Shown: positions 28,752 to 38,925 of the stretch, one piece after another
Position numbering within the stretch: position 1 is the stretch's first letter
Layout of the letters: each line of letters starts with the position of its first letter
Source of the DNA: an uncultured Gammaproteobacteria bacterium
Lineage (GTDB): Bacteria; Patescibacteriota; Microgenomatia; UBA12405
NCBI GenBank assembly: GCA_964408995.1
Contig: CAYPBP010000004.1
Span: 16,618-80,617 of the forward strand
DNA length: 64,000 nucleotides
Reading direction: 5' to 3'
The notes under the pieces: model-generated
Databases searched by the model: none
What the model saw: the letters and a program-made list of their open reading frames with translations, nothing else
Told to the model about the DNA's origin: nothing
Made by a program: the position numbers and the translations under genes

Positions 28752-28810
28752 TAGAAAATGATAGCAAAAATAGATTAAAATGTCTTTTTGAGGTAAAATT
28801 CATTCTTAAT

Positions 28811-28894
28811 GGTGGGATGCACCGAATTGGTAAGGTACCCCGTTCGAAACGGGACGTTCGCAAGGACATGGGGGTCCGACTCCCTCTCCCACCG
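28811..28894 (+). tRNA. tRNA-Ser (anticodon CGA), class II
   Basis: GGTGGGA...CCCCG TTCGAAA CGGGA...long variable arm...GGGGG TCCGACT CCCTC TCCCACC G. One mismatch in the anticodon stem and an unusual T-loop. Confidence 0.6.
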
Positions 28895-28916
28895 CTTTAA
28901 TTTTGATAAAGTATAA

Positions 28917-29345
28917 TTGGCTATGGAAGAAAAACAAATTCAAATGGTTTTTATGGTGGCAGGAGTGATTATCCAAAAAGATAATAAATATCTTTTAGTC
29001 CAAGAAGGAAAAGGTGCAGCATATAAACTTTGGAATTTCCCAGCTGGAAAGGTGGATTTGGGAGAATCGATTGAAGAGGCAGCCGTTAGAGAAGCTTTTG
29101 AAGAAGTTGGATATAAAGTTGAATTAATTAAAAAAATAAGTGTTCATCAAAAATCAGTTGATGAACCAGTAAAACATATTTTTGAAGCTAAAGTAATAGG
29201 TGGAGAATTAAAAACTAAAAAAGGAGAAATTCTTGATGCTAAATGGTTTTCTTTTAAAGAAATTAAAAATATGGAAAATGAATTACGAAATGGTGAGTGG
29301 ATTATTGATGTAATAAATATTTTTGAGGCTTTGAAAAATGATTAA
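28917..29345 (+). CDS. NUDIX hydrolase
   Basis: The Nudix box GKVDLGESIEEAAVREAFEEVGY. Confidence 0.85.
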   Translation: MAMEEKQIQMVFMVAGVIIQKDNKYLLVQEGKGAAYKLWNFPAGKVDLGESIEEAAVREAFEEVGYKVELIKKISVHQKSVDEPVKHIFEAKVIGGELKTKKGEILDAKWFSFKEIKNMENELRNGEWIIDVINIFEALKND

Positions 29346-29970
29346 GGTAATTTATTTTGATTTTGGAGGGGTTTTGGTAAATTATGAAAAATTTTTACAT
29401 ACAATGTGTTCTGATTTTGGGTTAAATACTGATGATTTCTTTAAGTTCTACGACAAGTTTGATTATCTCGATATGTCTATTGGGAAAATTACAACTGATG
29501 AATTTTGGCAAAAGTGTATAGAAAAATTTAAGCTTAAAAATGCAGAAAATTATGATTTACTTAAATCTTGGGCATTGGATTATAGGATTATCAAACCAAT
29601 TAATGAACTAGTTTATTCATTGGAAAATAAAATAGATATGGGAATTATTTCCAATATTCCTTCTGGGACTTGGGAGTCTGCATTAAAATATGGAATGGTT
29701 CCAAATATTAAATATAAAAAAGTTTTTTTGTCTTACCAATTGGGTCTTCGTAAACCAGATCCTGAAATTTACAAAATTGTTCAAAAAGAATCAGGAGTTA
29801 AAGGTAAAGAGATTTTATTTGTTGATGATATAGAAGAAAACTTAGTGGTACCTCAAAGTTTAGGTTGGAAAACAGTGTTGTTTAATCAAAATAAAGCTGA
29901 AGAAGGGGTTAAAAAGATTAAAAATTTATTAAAAATAAATGAAAAAAGAACTATTTTATGCCACAAATAA
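29338..29970 (+). CDS. HAD-superfamily hydrolase (subfamily IA-like)
   Basis: Motif I IYFDFGGVL, with downstream motifs II and III and the DD motif (VDDIEENL). Confidence 0.75.
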   Translation: MIKVIYFDFGGVLVNYEKFLHTMCSDFGLNTDDFFKFYDKFDYLDMSIGKITTDEFWQKCIEKFKLKNAENYDLLKSWALDYRIIKPINELVYSLENKIDMGIISNIPSGTWESALKYGMVPNIKYKKVFLSYQLGLRKPDPEIYKIVQKESGVKGKEILFVDDIEENLVVPQSLGWKTVLFNQNKAEEGVKKIKNLLKINEKRTILCHK

Positions 29971-30568
29971 TCCTGGAAAGAGATTTGAGGCAATTAAACA
30001 TTTGGGTCATCACGGAATTAAGGTTACCACTCCAAGTGATTATGAAATAAATATTGATATTGAAGAAAGTGGAAATAGTTTAGAAGAAAATGCTATTTTA
30101 AAAGCAGAAGCTTATTCTGACTTAGTAACTGATACCTTAATTCTTTCGGATGATACAGGCTTAGAGATAGATGCCCTTAACGGAGAACCAGGGATTCATG
30201 TGAGACGTTGGAGGGATGGAGAAAATGCTATGACTGATGAAGAATTAATTGATTATTGTTTGGAAAGAATGAAAGGAATTCCAAAAAAAAAGAGAGGAGC
30301 TCAATTTAAGACCGTTTTGGCTTTGAATATCCCCGGTAAAGGAATAGAAATTTTTACTGGAATTTTGAGAGGCTATATTTTGGAAGAAGCATCACCTATT
30401 AGAGTTGAAGGTTTCCCTTTTAAATCTTTATTTTTTGTAGAAGAATGGAACATGCTTTTGGGAGATGCGATGGAGTTGCCAGTTGAGGATAAACAACATT
30501 TGTTGAACCATCGAGAAAAAGCTATGAATAAAGCTATTCCAAGAATTAGAGAATTACTAAAAGATTAG
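29939..30568 (+). CDS. rdgB: Non-canonical purine NTP pyrophosphatase (Ham1/RdgB family)
   Basis: LFYATNNPGKRFE...SDDTGLEIDALNGEPGIHVRRW is the Ham1 signature. Confidence 0.85.
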   Translation: MKKELFYATNNPGKRFEAIKHLGHHGIKVTTPSDYEINIDIEESGNSLEENAILKAEAYSDLVTDTLILSDDTGLEIDALNGEPGIHVRRWRDGENAMTDEELIDYCLERMKGIPKKKRGAQFKTVLALNIPGKGIEIFTGILRGYILEEASPIRVEGFPFKSLFFVEEWNMLLGDAMELPVEDKQHLLNHREKAMNKAIPRIRELLKD

Positions 30569-31896
30569 GCTTTTTTGTATATTTTATTAAGTAAATAAAG
30601 ACTGCCGGTGATGGCCACTAAATTTGAATCTTTTGTGGCTTTTTTGATAGCTAAATTGGGGTTGCTAATTATTTGATATTTATCAAAATTCAAATCTCTT
30701 AAGATTTTGATTAAATAATCTTGGGTCTGAGAAATAGCCACCATATCTTGATCGGTAACTATAAAACTCGTCAAAATAATTTTTTTAGCAATAGGAAGAA
30801 TTTCTTTTAGCATCTTTTTGGCTTCTTTTTTTTGTTTGAAAGCAACTACAAAAACAAAATCTTTTTGAGGAAAAGAAAATTTAAGACTTTTGATGAATGC
30901 AGACATTTTTTGAGGATTGTGAGCTCCATCATAAACAATAGTAGAGTTATTGGTCTTTGAAACATCCATACGACCAAGAAACTTGAAGTTGGCTAGAGTT
31001 TTTTTGACAATTTTTTGGTTAATTTGAAAATTATCACGATTACTAATTGTTTTTAAAACACTTAAGGCTAAAGCACTGTTTTCAACTTGATAGAGAGCAA
31101 TGGTGTTTATTAAAAGTTTTTTTAAAACTAAATTATCAAAACAATAAGTATAAGTTAAACCTTTTTTGGCTAATTTAATATTTTTATAATTTATCCCCTT
31201 TTTGATATAGGAGAGGGACGATTGATTGTCTTTGGCAGCTTTGTCGATAACTAATTTGGCGGCTTTTACTGGCCATAAAGACAAGACTGTATTTTGGGAT
31301 TTAATAATGCCAGCTTTTTGAATAGCAATTTTACCAATAGTACTACCTAAAACATTAGTATGATCTAGGCCAAGTTTGGTAATAACGGCGATTTTATTTT
31401 TAGAGTCAATGATATTAGTGCCATCCATTAACCCCCCCATACCAGTTTCTATAACAGCATAATCGACATGGTAATAATAAAAAGCAAGATAAAAGATGGC
31501 TACTAAAATTTCAAAATAAGTGGGATTGCCAAGACCACTAGTTTTAGTTTTTTCAATAGCAGGGATAACTTTATTTAATAAAAGAACAAAATCTTTTTGA
31601 CTGATTAGTTTATTGTTAATTTGAACTCTTTCTTTGATATCAAAAATGTGGGGAGAAACAGTTAGACCAGTTTTGAATCCATGATTGGCTAATAAGTGGC
31701 TTAAATAAGAAGCAGTAGAGCCTTTGCCAGAAGTGCCGGCAATATGAATGACGGGATAAGAATTTTGAGGATTGCCAAGGCAGTTTAAGATAAATTTTTG
31801 ACGACTAAGGCCAAGCTCTCCGGGATACCTGTATTTACCTTTGGGAATTGATTTATAAAGATATTCGAGGGCCTGTTTATAGTTTTGAATCTTCAT
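30565..31896 (-). CDS. folC: Folylpolyglutamate synthase/dihydrofolate synthase (Mur ligase family)
   Basis: P-loop HIAGTSGKGSTASYL, then GLTVSPHIFDIKERVQING, and the Mur ligase middle and C-terminal domains. Confidence 0.8.
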   Translation of the reverse strand: MKIQNYKQALEYLYKSIPKGKYRYPGELGLSRQKFILNCLGNPQNSYPVIHIAGTSGKGSTASYLSHLLANHGFKTGLTVSPHIFDIKERVQINNKLISQKDFVLLLNKVIPAIEKTKTSGLGNPTYFEILVAIFYLAFYYYHVDYAVIETGMGGLMDGTNIIDSKNKIAVITKLGLDHTNVLGSTIGKIAIQKAGIIKSQNTVLSLWPVKAAKLVIDKAAKDNQSSLSYIKKGINYKNIKLAKKGLTYTYCFDNLVLKKLLINTIALYQVENSALALSVLKTISNRDNFQINQKIVKKTLANFKFLGRMDVSKTNNSTIVYDGAHNPQKMSAFIKSLKFSFPQKDFVFVVAFKQKKEAKKMLKEILPIAKKIILTSFIVTDQDMVAISQTQDYLIKILRDLNFDKYQIISNPNLAIKKATKDSNLVAITGSLYLLNKIYKKA

Positions 31897-32563
31897 CTTT
31901 TACTGGTTTATTGAGCCAATTAATGCCTAAATAAACAAAAGGAGTAGTGAAAACTGACATAGTAGTTTTTAAAATCCAATAAGGCAAAATGATTCCCCAT
32001 AAAAAAGTTACATTATCTGAAAATGAGGTATTGAGAGAATAGAAAGCCACTGTTATAAAAATGAAAGTGTCAAAAAAGACAGCCAAGGTGTTAGAAAGAT
32101 TGTTTCTAAACCAAAGACCGTATTTGCTCATCTTTTGTTTTAATTTGTGGAAAACATTGATATCTAAGAAATTAGATATAGAAATAGCAATTAAACTAGC
32201 AATGGAAATTCTGATTGATTGGGAGAATATTTTGTTATAACTATCAACCATAGGTAAAAAACGGGTTGATGAAGGTAGGGCAATAGCAAAAGAAGAGAAT
32301 AAAATTATAAAGAAAATTATAGAAATTGAAATTTTAGCCAAATTTTTGGCTCGTTTATATCCATAAACTTCAGTAAAAATATCATTGATGGAAAAAATCC
32401 AAGGAATTAAAAACATACCCATAGCTCCAGTTAATTTAAGGCCAAAGATAGTAACTAGAGGAAAAGTTTTGGAACCCATTAATTCGGCAGCAACTAGACA
32501 AAAAATGTATACAGCAACTAAGAAATCAGACTTATATTGGTTTTGATTGGGTAACTTTTTCAT
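31877..32563 (-). CDS. YhhQ/VUT-family membrane protein (putative queuosine-precursor transporter)
   Basis: Six TM helices and the motif IFSINDIFTEVYGYKRAKN typical of YhhQ (DUF165). Confidence 0.5.
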   Translation of the reverse strand: MKKLPNQNQYKSDFLVAVYIFCLVAAELMGSKTFPLVTIFGLKLTGAMGMFLIPWIFSINDIFTEVYGYKRAKNLAKISISIIFFIILFSSFAIALPSSTRFLPMVDSYNKIFSQSIRISIASLIAISISNFLDINVFHKLKQKMSKYGLWFRNNLSNTLAVFFDTFIFITVAFYSLNTSFSDNVTFLWGIILPYWILKTTMSVFTTPFVYLGINWLNKPVKDEDSKL

Positions 32564-32622
32564 AAATGTTTTTTAAATTAATAAGGAATTATATCAAATG
32601 ATATTTTGTATAATATACAGAT

Positions 32623-33231
32623 ATGATTAAAGCTATAATTTTTGATTTTGGAAATGTTATCTGTCATTTTACTAATGAAATTCTTATTGAAAGAATCAGT
32701 AAGCTTTCGGGTAAAATAAAAGAAGAAGTCTTTGATTTGATTTATAAAGAATCTGAATTACCTAAAAAATATGAAACTGGATTAATAACTTCTCAAGAAT
32801 TTTATAGTGGATTATCAAAAGTTTTAGGTTTAAATGTGCCATATGAACAATTCAAAGAGATTTATTATAAAGATAAATTTACTCCAGTTGAAGGAACAAT
32901 GGATTTAATTAAAAAATTGCAAAAGAATTACAGAATTAATCTGTTATCTAACACTAGTGAATGGGATTTTGAATATATGAATAAAGTCGCCCCAATTATA
33001 AAAACTTTTGAGACAATAACTACTTCTTTTCAATCAAAATCAATGAAACCAGATAAAAAAATATTTTTAGATGCTTTGGGCAAATTGAAATTGAAGCCGA
33101 AAGATTGTGTTTACACTGATGATATTTTGGAATATGCAAAGGCAGCAAAAGATTTAGGAATGATAGGAATTCAATTTACCACCGCTAAAAAATTTGAAAA
33201 TGATTTAAAAAAGTTGGGAGTGAAGATTTGA
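32623..33231 (+). CDS. HAD-superfamily hydrolase
   Basis: Motif I IIFDFGNVI and the C-terminal DD motif (YTDDILEY). Confidence 0.7.
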   Translation: MIKAIIFDFGNVICHFTNEILIERISKLSGKIKEEVFDLIYKESELPKKYETGLITSQEFYSGLSKVLGLNVPYEQFKEIYYKDKFTPVEGTMDLIKKLQKNYRINLLSNTSEWDFEYMNKVAPIIKTFETITTSFQSKSMKPDKKIFLDALGKLKLKPKDCVYTDDILEYAKAAKDLGMIGIQFTTAKKFENDLKKLGVKI

Positions 33232-33263
33232 CATTTGGTAAAAAACCCTTAAAATAGCGCCAT

Positions 33264-33497
33264 ATGTCAAATAATAGAGAAAAATGTCCAAATAATAGTT
33301 ACCTTGGATCTGCCGATTGTTATGGTTGTTCGTGTGCCGATTTTAATGATCCTTTAAAAGATATCGTTTGTCGATGCCCAAAAGATATAAAGGATCCTCA
33401 AGGAATTGATAACTTAAAAAAAGGTTATGTGGAAGCTTCTCAAAGTCCAACCCAAAACGGATTTATTGAATATTTAAAAAATCTTCCACAAAAATAA
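33264..33497 (+). CDS. Small Cys-rich protein (6 Cys in 40 aa), hypothetical
   Basis: The pattern C-x10-CYGCSC-x11-CRC. Confidence 0.35.
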   Translation: MSNNREKCPNNSYLGSADCYGCSCADFNDPLKDIVCRCPKDIKDPQGIDNLKKGYVEASQSPTQNGFIEYLKNLPQK

Positions 33498-33815
33498 TTA
33501 TTTCTTTTTAAAAAGAGAAGTGAAATAAGGTAGGTGCCAAAGAGTGTGAAAAATGGCAACTAGAGCCATGACAATACCAGTCTCGACATGAATCCAAAGT
33601 ATTGATTGATACCAAGAAATGGAGAGTTTTAGGTCAATAAACATAGCTAAAATTAGGCCAATGATTCCGGAAATTAAAAAGGATATGAGTAAAATAATAT
33701 TCCATATACGACGATGAGTAATTAGAGAAATTTTTTGGGATTTAACTAAGTAACTAGAAATAAAATAAAAGTCAAAAACGATAAAAGATAGGAGAAAAAA
33801 ATAGTAATTATTCAT
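33498..33815 (-). CDS. Membrane protein, hypothetical
   Basis: Three TM helices. Confidence 0.4.
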   Translation of the reverse strand: MNNYYFFLLSFIVFDFYFISSYLVKSQKISLITHRRIWNIILLISFLISGIIGLILAMFIDLKLSISWYQSILWIHVETGIVMALVAIFHTLWHLPYFTSLFKKK

Positions 33816-33818
33816 AAA

Positions 33819-34181
33819 TTATTCTAGGGTAATAGCACTGGCAGGACAAATATTAATAGCCATCGATAAGTTTTGAGAATCTAAATTGGTTGATGAAATA
33901 ACAAAAGCTTTACCAGTATTAGGATTCATTTCAAAATGGGATGGATCAATTCTGGTACATTTACCACAACCAATACAACGAAGTGGTAGGACAGTTAATT
34001 TTTGAAGGTGAAGTGGATTAGAAGAGATTGTAGGTGATGGTTCTTTTGTTGGTGATAAGTTTGATTCTTCATCTAAAGAAATTTTTGGAGAACTAAAATC
34101 AGGTTTAATTATAGAAATAATAAAAGCAGTGATAGTACCAAAAACTAAAAATAAAGGTAAGAAAAGTTTTTTAATGGTCAT
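33819..34181 (-). CDS. 4Fe-4S ferredoxin-type protein with an N-terminal TM anchor
   Basis: CIGCGKCTRIDP ... CPASAI are two Fe-S cluster-binding motifs. Confidence 0.65.
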   Translation of the reverse strand: MTIKKLFLPLFLVFGTITAFIISIIKPDFSSPKISLDEESNLSPTKEPSPTISSNPLHLQKLTVLPLRCIGCGKCTRIDPSHFEMNPNTGKAFVISSTNLDSQNLSMAINICPASAITLE

Positions 34182-35554
34182 ATTAAGTTAACTTCTTCAA
34201 TAATTTTTTTTCTTTGCCAAGAACCTTGTTTGTATAAAGCAAAAGCCATACTAGCACTAATAACATTGGTAATTGGGAAAGAAAGCCAAATTCCTCTTAT
34301 GCCTAGACTGGTTTTTTGAGACAAAAAATAAGCCAAAGGGATTAAAACAAAGAATTGAGAAAAAATAGTCATAAACATGGTAGTGGTAGTTTTGCCAGCA
34401 GCTATAAAAACATTAGCAAAAGACATTTGAAGACCAACAAAACCAAAACCAACTGCAGCGGTTCTAATAAAAGCAGCACCGGTAGCAATGACTAATGGAT
34501 CATTGGGAATAAAGAAAGAAATAAATTGAGGAGCAAAAATGAAAACAATTAAAGATAAAAAAGACAAGATTGAAAAAGAAAGAACCGCGCTTAGTTTAGA
34601 AATTCGAATCGCTTCTTTGATATTTTTGGCACCAATATTTTGGCCAACCAGAGTACCATTGGCAACTGCTAGACCAATGCCAACCATAAAAATTACTTGA
34701 TTAATATTAGAAGCGGCACCATAAGAGGCCACAGCAACAGTACCAAAACCAGTAAATAGAGATATAACAAAAACCATAGCGAAATTTCTGGCTGATTGTT
34801 CGATTGATGAAGGCAAACCAATTAAAAAAGCTTTTTTAATGAATTTAAAATCAGGTATAAAGTCAGCTAGTTTTAAGTGGATTCCATGTTTGCCACCAAA
34901 TAAAATTGCCATACCAATAATGGCTGATAAAGCTTGAGTTATAAAAGTGGCCATAGCGGCACCCATAGGACCCATAGCCGGGATTCGCCCATAACCAAAA
35001 ATAAAAAGAGGGTCAAGAAAGAAATTTAAAATTACAGTAACGATAACTACATAAACTGGAATAATTGGTTTGCCAATTCCCCTCATAATTGACATGAAGA
35101 TGAAGAAAAAGAAATTGAAAATAATAGCAGCAAAAGAAATTCTTAGAAAACCAAGAGCATTAGAAAAAATTTCATCATTAGCTCCCATAAATTTAAGGAT
35201 ATTGGGAGCAAAAATCAAACCTAAAATACTAAAAATAAACGACAGAAAAACAACCATTAAAATGGTTTGAGCAGCAGAATGACTGACCATTTTGTTGTTT
35301 TTGGCACCAAAATATTGAGCCACAAAAGTAGATCCAGCCATGGCAAAACCAATACCAATTGAAAAAGCGAGAAAAATAATTGGAGCACAAATGGAAACAG
35401 AAGCTAAAGCGGCTCCGCCAAGACGACCAACCCAAAAAGAATCAGTCATCTGATATATGGATTGAAAAAGATTGGCCACAATAACAGGAATAGCTAAAGT
35501 AAAAATAATCTTTAGAATAGGCATTTTGATAATAGATTTGGCTTTGTTTATCAT
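34178..35554 (-). CDS. MATE-family efflux transporter
   Basis: 458 aa with 12 TM helices and MATE/NorM-like conserved segments (PIIVANLFQSIYQMTDSFWVGRLG). Confidence 0.8.
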   Translation of the reverse strand: MINKAKSIIKMPILKIIFTLAIPVIVANLFQSIYQMTDSFWVGRLGGAALASVSICAPIIFLAFSIGIGFAMAGSTFVAQYFGAKNNKMVSHSAAQTILMVVFLSFIFSILGLIFAPNILKFMGANDEIFSNALGFLRISFAAIIFNFFFFIFMSIMRGIGKPIIPVYVVIVTVILNFFLDPLFIFGYGRIPAMGPMGAAMATFITQALSAIIGMAILFGGKHGIHLKLADFIPDFKFIKKAFLIGLPSSIEQSARNFAMVFVISLFTGFGTVAVASYGAASNINQVIFMVGIGLAVANGTLVGQNIGAKNIKEAIRISKLSAVLSFSILSFLSLIVFIFAPQFISFFIPNDPLVIATGAAFIRTAAVGFGFVGLQMSFANVFIAAGKTTTTMFMTIFSQFFVLIPLAYFLSQKTSLGIRGIWLSFPITNVISASMAFALYKQGSWQRKKIIEEVNLI

Positions 35555-35654
35555 AATTTAAATCCCTCTCCTTCGACAGGCTCAGGATTCTCCCATTAAA
35601 GAAGGGAGATTTACAGTTTTTAATTTTAACACTTAATTAACTTATAATTGATTA

Positions 35655-36350
35655 ATGAAAACAATTTGGAAATGGATAATTTTAATAATTGAAATGGTAA
35701 TACTTTGGGGATTGATATTAAATTTTTTAAGGACGATGAGATTGGTGGATGTAAAAAGAATACCAATGGTGAAAGAAATAGTTGAATATATACCAGAATT
35801 GCCAACACCAACTCCAAAACCAACTATAATCATAACTCCAACTCCAATTGTAATAAAAAAAATAGTGACCCCAACTAAAAAACAAATAATAGACGATGGT
35901 GAACCTTGGGGAGTAGCAAAACAGATAGGTGAAGTAACTTGGACAATGAAAATTGGCGAGGATGAAAGAATGGCAACTCCTAGAGAAATTTTTGATGCTT
36001 TAAATGAATATCGAAGAGTCCATAATTCACAAATTTTAAATTGGGATGAGAAATTGTCTAATTATGCCCAGCAAAGAGCTCAATATTTGAATAGTATTAA
36101 ATCAGTCGATCAACATAAAGGTTTTAAAAACTTTTTAGAAAATGAAGATGGATTTAATAAAGTAGGCTTTACATCTCTTGGGGAAAATATTAGTTTTGGA
36201 TATAGATTGAATGGAGTTCATACAATTGAATGGATGTATGCTGGAGATAAACCTCACAACGATAACCAACTTAATACTAAATGGGATCATGTGGGAATTG
36301 GGGTTGATGGATTGGCTACTTGTTTAATTTTTGGAACTGGAAAATTTTGA
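35655..36350 (+). CDS. CAP/SCP/PR-1 domain protein, membrane-anchored with a Pro/Thr-rich linker
   Basis: EIFDALNEYRRVHN..., HKGF and WMYAGDKPHNDN...WDHVGIGV are CAP motifs. Confidence 0.75.
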   Translation: MKTIWKWIILIIEMVILWGLILNFLRTMRLVDVKRIPMVKEIVEYIPELPTPTPKPTIIITPTPIVIKKIVTPTKKQIIDDGEPWGVAKQIGEVTWTMKIGEDERMATPREIFDALNEYRRVHNSQILNWDEKLSNYAQQRAQYLNSIKSVDQHKGFKNFLENEDGFNKVGFTSLGENISFGYRLNGVHTIEWMYAGDKPHNDNQLNTKWDHVGIGVDGLATCLIFGTGKF

Positions 36351-36365
36351 TATACTTAATTTAAT

Positions 36366-36926
36366 ATGAACAAAACACAACAAAACCTCCTAAAAGCATT
36401 TGCTGGTGAGAGCCAAGCCAGAAATAAGTATTACATGTTTGCCAAAATGGCTCGAAAAGAAAATTTAGAATGGGTAGCTCGAGTCTTTGAAGAAACAGCT
36501 GACCAAGAAAGAGCTCACGCTGAAGAAGAGTTTGAAATGATTAAAGATTTGGTAACTGTTGAAGAAAATTTGGGAATTGGACCATTTAGTAAAAATACTT
36601 TAGAGAATTTAAGAATGGCTGCCGCTGGTGAACATCATGAATGGACAGAAATGTATCCATCTTTTGAAGAACAAGCCAAAATTGATGGAGATACTGAGGC
36701 TGAGAGATTATTTAGAGAAGTTAGAGAGGTCGAAGAAAAACATGAAGAAAGATATTTGATTATTGCCACTCATATGGATGCCAATACTCTTTACAATCGA
36801 GATGTAGAACTAGAATGGAAATGTGTTAATTGTGGTTATATCCATAAAGGAAAAACTCCCCCACAAACTTGTCCTGTATGTAAAAAACCATATACTTGGT
36901 ATCAACCATTAGGACTGGTAAGATAA
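36366..36926 (+). CDS. Rubrerythrin
   Basis: A ferritin-like diiron domain (E..E..H repeats) plus a C-terminal rubredoxin-like CxxC...CxxC. Confidence 0.88.
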   Translation: MNKTQQNLLKAFAGESQARNKYYMFAKMARKENLEWVARVFEETADQERAHAEEEFEMIKDLVTVEENLGIGPFSKNTLENLRMAAAGEHHEWTEMYPSFEEQAKIDGDTEAERLFREVREVEEKHEERYLIIATHMDANTLYNRDVELEWKCVNCGYIHKGKTPPQTCPVCKKPYTWYQPLGLVR

Positions 36927-36932
36927 TTAATA

Positions 36933-37475
36933 GTGATTATTTTTAAAAAATATAAAGATTTAACTCTATTTTTTTCGGGAATAATATTGGCTTTTATTTT
37001 GTCAACATTGCCTTGGGTAAATAATTTTTTAGCTAGTCTCCATACTTTTGGTTATATAGGAGCATTAATTGGAGGAATCTTTTATGTTTACAGTTTTACT
37101 GTGGGAATTGGAATAATGATTATTGTAATCTTGTCTAAAAGTTTACCTGTCTTACCATTAGTTTTGATTTCTAGTTTTGGATCAATGCTTGGTGATACTT
37201 TATTATTTAAATTAACAAAAGATAATTTAAAAGATGAACTTTTGGAAATTTATAAAATAATTGATAAAAAACAAATAATAAAAAGAACTTTATATCATCG
37301 AAAATTAAAGTGGATATTACCAATTTTAGGAATAACTATAGTTGCAAGTCCTCTATCTAATGAACTTGGAATAATGTTACTAGGAGTTAGTGATATAAAG
37401 AAAAGATATTTTATGCCAGCTAGTTTTGTGCTTAATGGAACTGGTCTTTATTTATTAATAATGGCAATAACTTAA
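36933..37475 (+). CDS. Membrane protein, possibly DedA/VTT-like
   Basis: TM helices and a GSMLGDTLLFKLTK segment resembling the DedA motif. Weak. Confidence 0.3.
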   Translation: MIIFKKYKDLTLFFSGIILAFILSTLPWVNNFLASLHTFGYIGALIGGIFYVYSFTVGIGIMIIVILSKSLPVLPLVLISSFGSMLGDTLLFKLTKDNLKDELLEIYKIIDKKQIIKRTLYHRKLKWILPILGITIVASPLSNELGIMLLGVSDIKKRYFMPASFVLNGTGLYLLIMAIT

Positions 37476-38866
37476 TGAGAATTAATTCGATTGGAATAGA
37501 TAATTTACCAAAATCTCCAAAATTAAGAGAAATGATAGGGCCAAGTTTTGTTTTACTGGGAATGGGTTTAGGGAGTGGTGAATTAATTATGTGGCCATTT
37601 TTGGCAGCTAATTATGGTTTGGGTATCGTTTGGGCAGCAGTTTTAGGTATTACTTTTCAATTTTTTATTAACATGGAAATTGAAAGATACACTTTAGTAA
37701 CTGGTGAAAGTGTGTTTGTTGGTTTGGCTAGAAAATTTAGAATTTTATCTCCAATTTGGTTTATTTTATCAACAATTATTCCTTGGATGTGGCCAGGAAT
37801 AATTTTATCTTCAGCAACTATTTTTGCAGCTATATTTGGATTTAATAGAGCTAATTTAATAGCAATTATAATGTTAATTTTGGTTGGATTGATATTGAGT
37901 TTAGGGAAAGTGGTTTACAAAACCCAAGAAGTAATTCAAAAAACTTTGATATATTTTGGAGTTCCTTTTATTTTATTAATAGCTATTTATTTTGCCAAGG
38001 GTAGTGATTGGCAAAGTTTAGCTAATGGTTTTATGGGACAAGGAGATGGATTTTGGCTAATCCCCTCTGGTTTGTCTTTAATAACTTTTTTGGGAGCTTT
38101 TGCTTATTCTGGAGCTGGAGGAAATTTGAACCTAGCCCAGTCCTTTTATATTCGAGAAAAAGAATATGGAATGGGAAAATATGGGGGCAAAATAACTAGT
38201 TTATTGAAAAAGAATGATGAAAATTTTAATTTAGAAGGGAAAACTTTTGAGATAAATAAAGAGAATCTTTCTGTTTTTAAAGATTGGTGGAAAAAGATAA
38301 ATACAGAACATCTTTTAGTCTTTTGGCTTACGGGGGCAATTACAATTATTTTTCTTAGTCTTTTAGCTTTTTCAACTGTTTATAAACAAACTGAAGGTTT
38401 GGCTGGAATTAATTTTTTGTTTAAAGAAGCTAGTGTGATTTCTAGTAATACAATCCCCGTGTTAGGATCAACCTTTTTAATATTAGTGGTGATGATGTTG
38501 TTTTCAACTCAATTATCAGTAATGGATGCTACCAGTCGAATTACTTCAGAAAATTTAATCATTATGAATCAAGATAAGTTTAAAATTAAAAATTTATCTA
38601 AATATTATTTCTTGTTTTTGTGGACTCAGATATCTTTGGCAATAATGATTTTATTGTTTGGTTTTAAAGAACCAATGCAATTGGTAATTATTAGTGCCTT
38701 TTTAAATGCAATGACAATGTTGGTTTATTCGATTGCAATCTTGTGGTTAAATCAAAAAACACTGGCCAAGGAATTAAGACCAAAAATTTGGAGAAGATTA
38801 ATTTTGTTGATTATAATTATTTTCTTTGCAATTTTTAGTTGGGTGACATTGTTTAGAAGAGAATAA
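37475..38866 (+). CDS. Polytopic membrane transporter (possibly distant Nramp/APC-superfamily)
   Basis: About 11 TM helices. The N-terminal GPSFVLLGMGLGSGELIMWPFL is reminiscent of Nramp TM1 but lacks the DPGN motif. Confidence 0.3.
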   Translation: MRINSIGIDNLPKSPKLREMIGPSFVLLGMGLGSGELIMWPFLAANYGLGIVWAAVLGITFQFFINMEIERYTLVTGESVFVGLARKFRILSPIWFILSTIIPWMWPGIILSSATIFAAIFGFNRANLIAIIMLILVGLILSLGKVVYKTQEVIQKTLIYFGVPFILLIAIYFAKGSDWQSLANGFMGQGDGFWLIPSGLSLITFLGAFAYSGAGGNLNLAQSFYIREKEYGMGKYGGKITSLLKKNDENFNLEGKTFEINKENLSVFKDWWKKINTEHLLVFWLTGAITIIFLSLLAFSTVYKQTEGLAGINFLFKEASVISSNTIPVLGSTFLILVVMMLFSTQLSVMDATSRITSENLIIMNQDKFKIKNLSKYYFLFLWTQISLAIMILLFGFKEPMQLVIISAFLNAMTMLVYSIAILWLNQKTLAKELRPKIWRRLILLIIIIFFAIFSWVTLFRRE

Positions 38867-38925
38867 AAAAGATAGGAAACACTACTTTTGTTTTGGTTTG
38901 AAGATTTATTTAGATATAATAGAGC

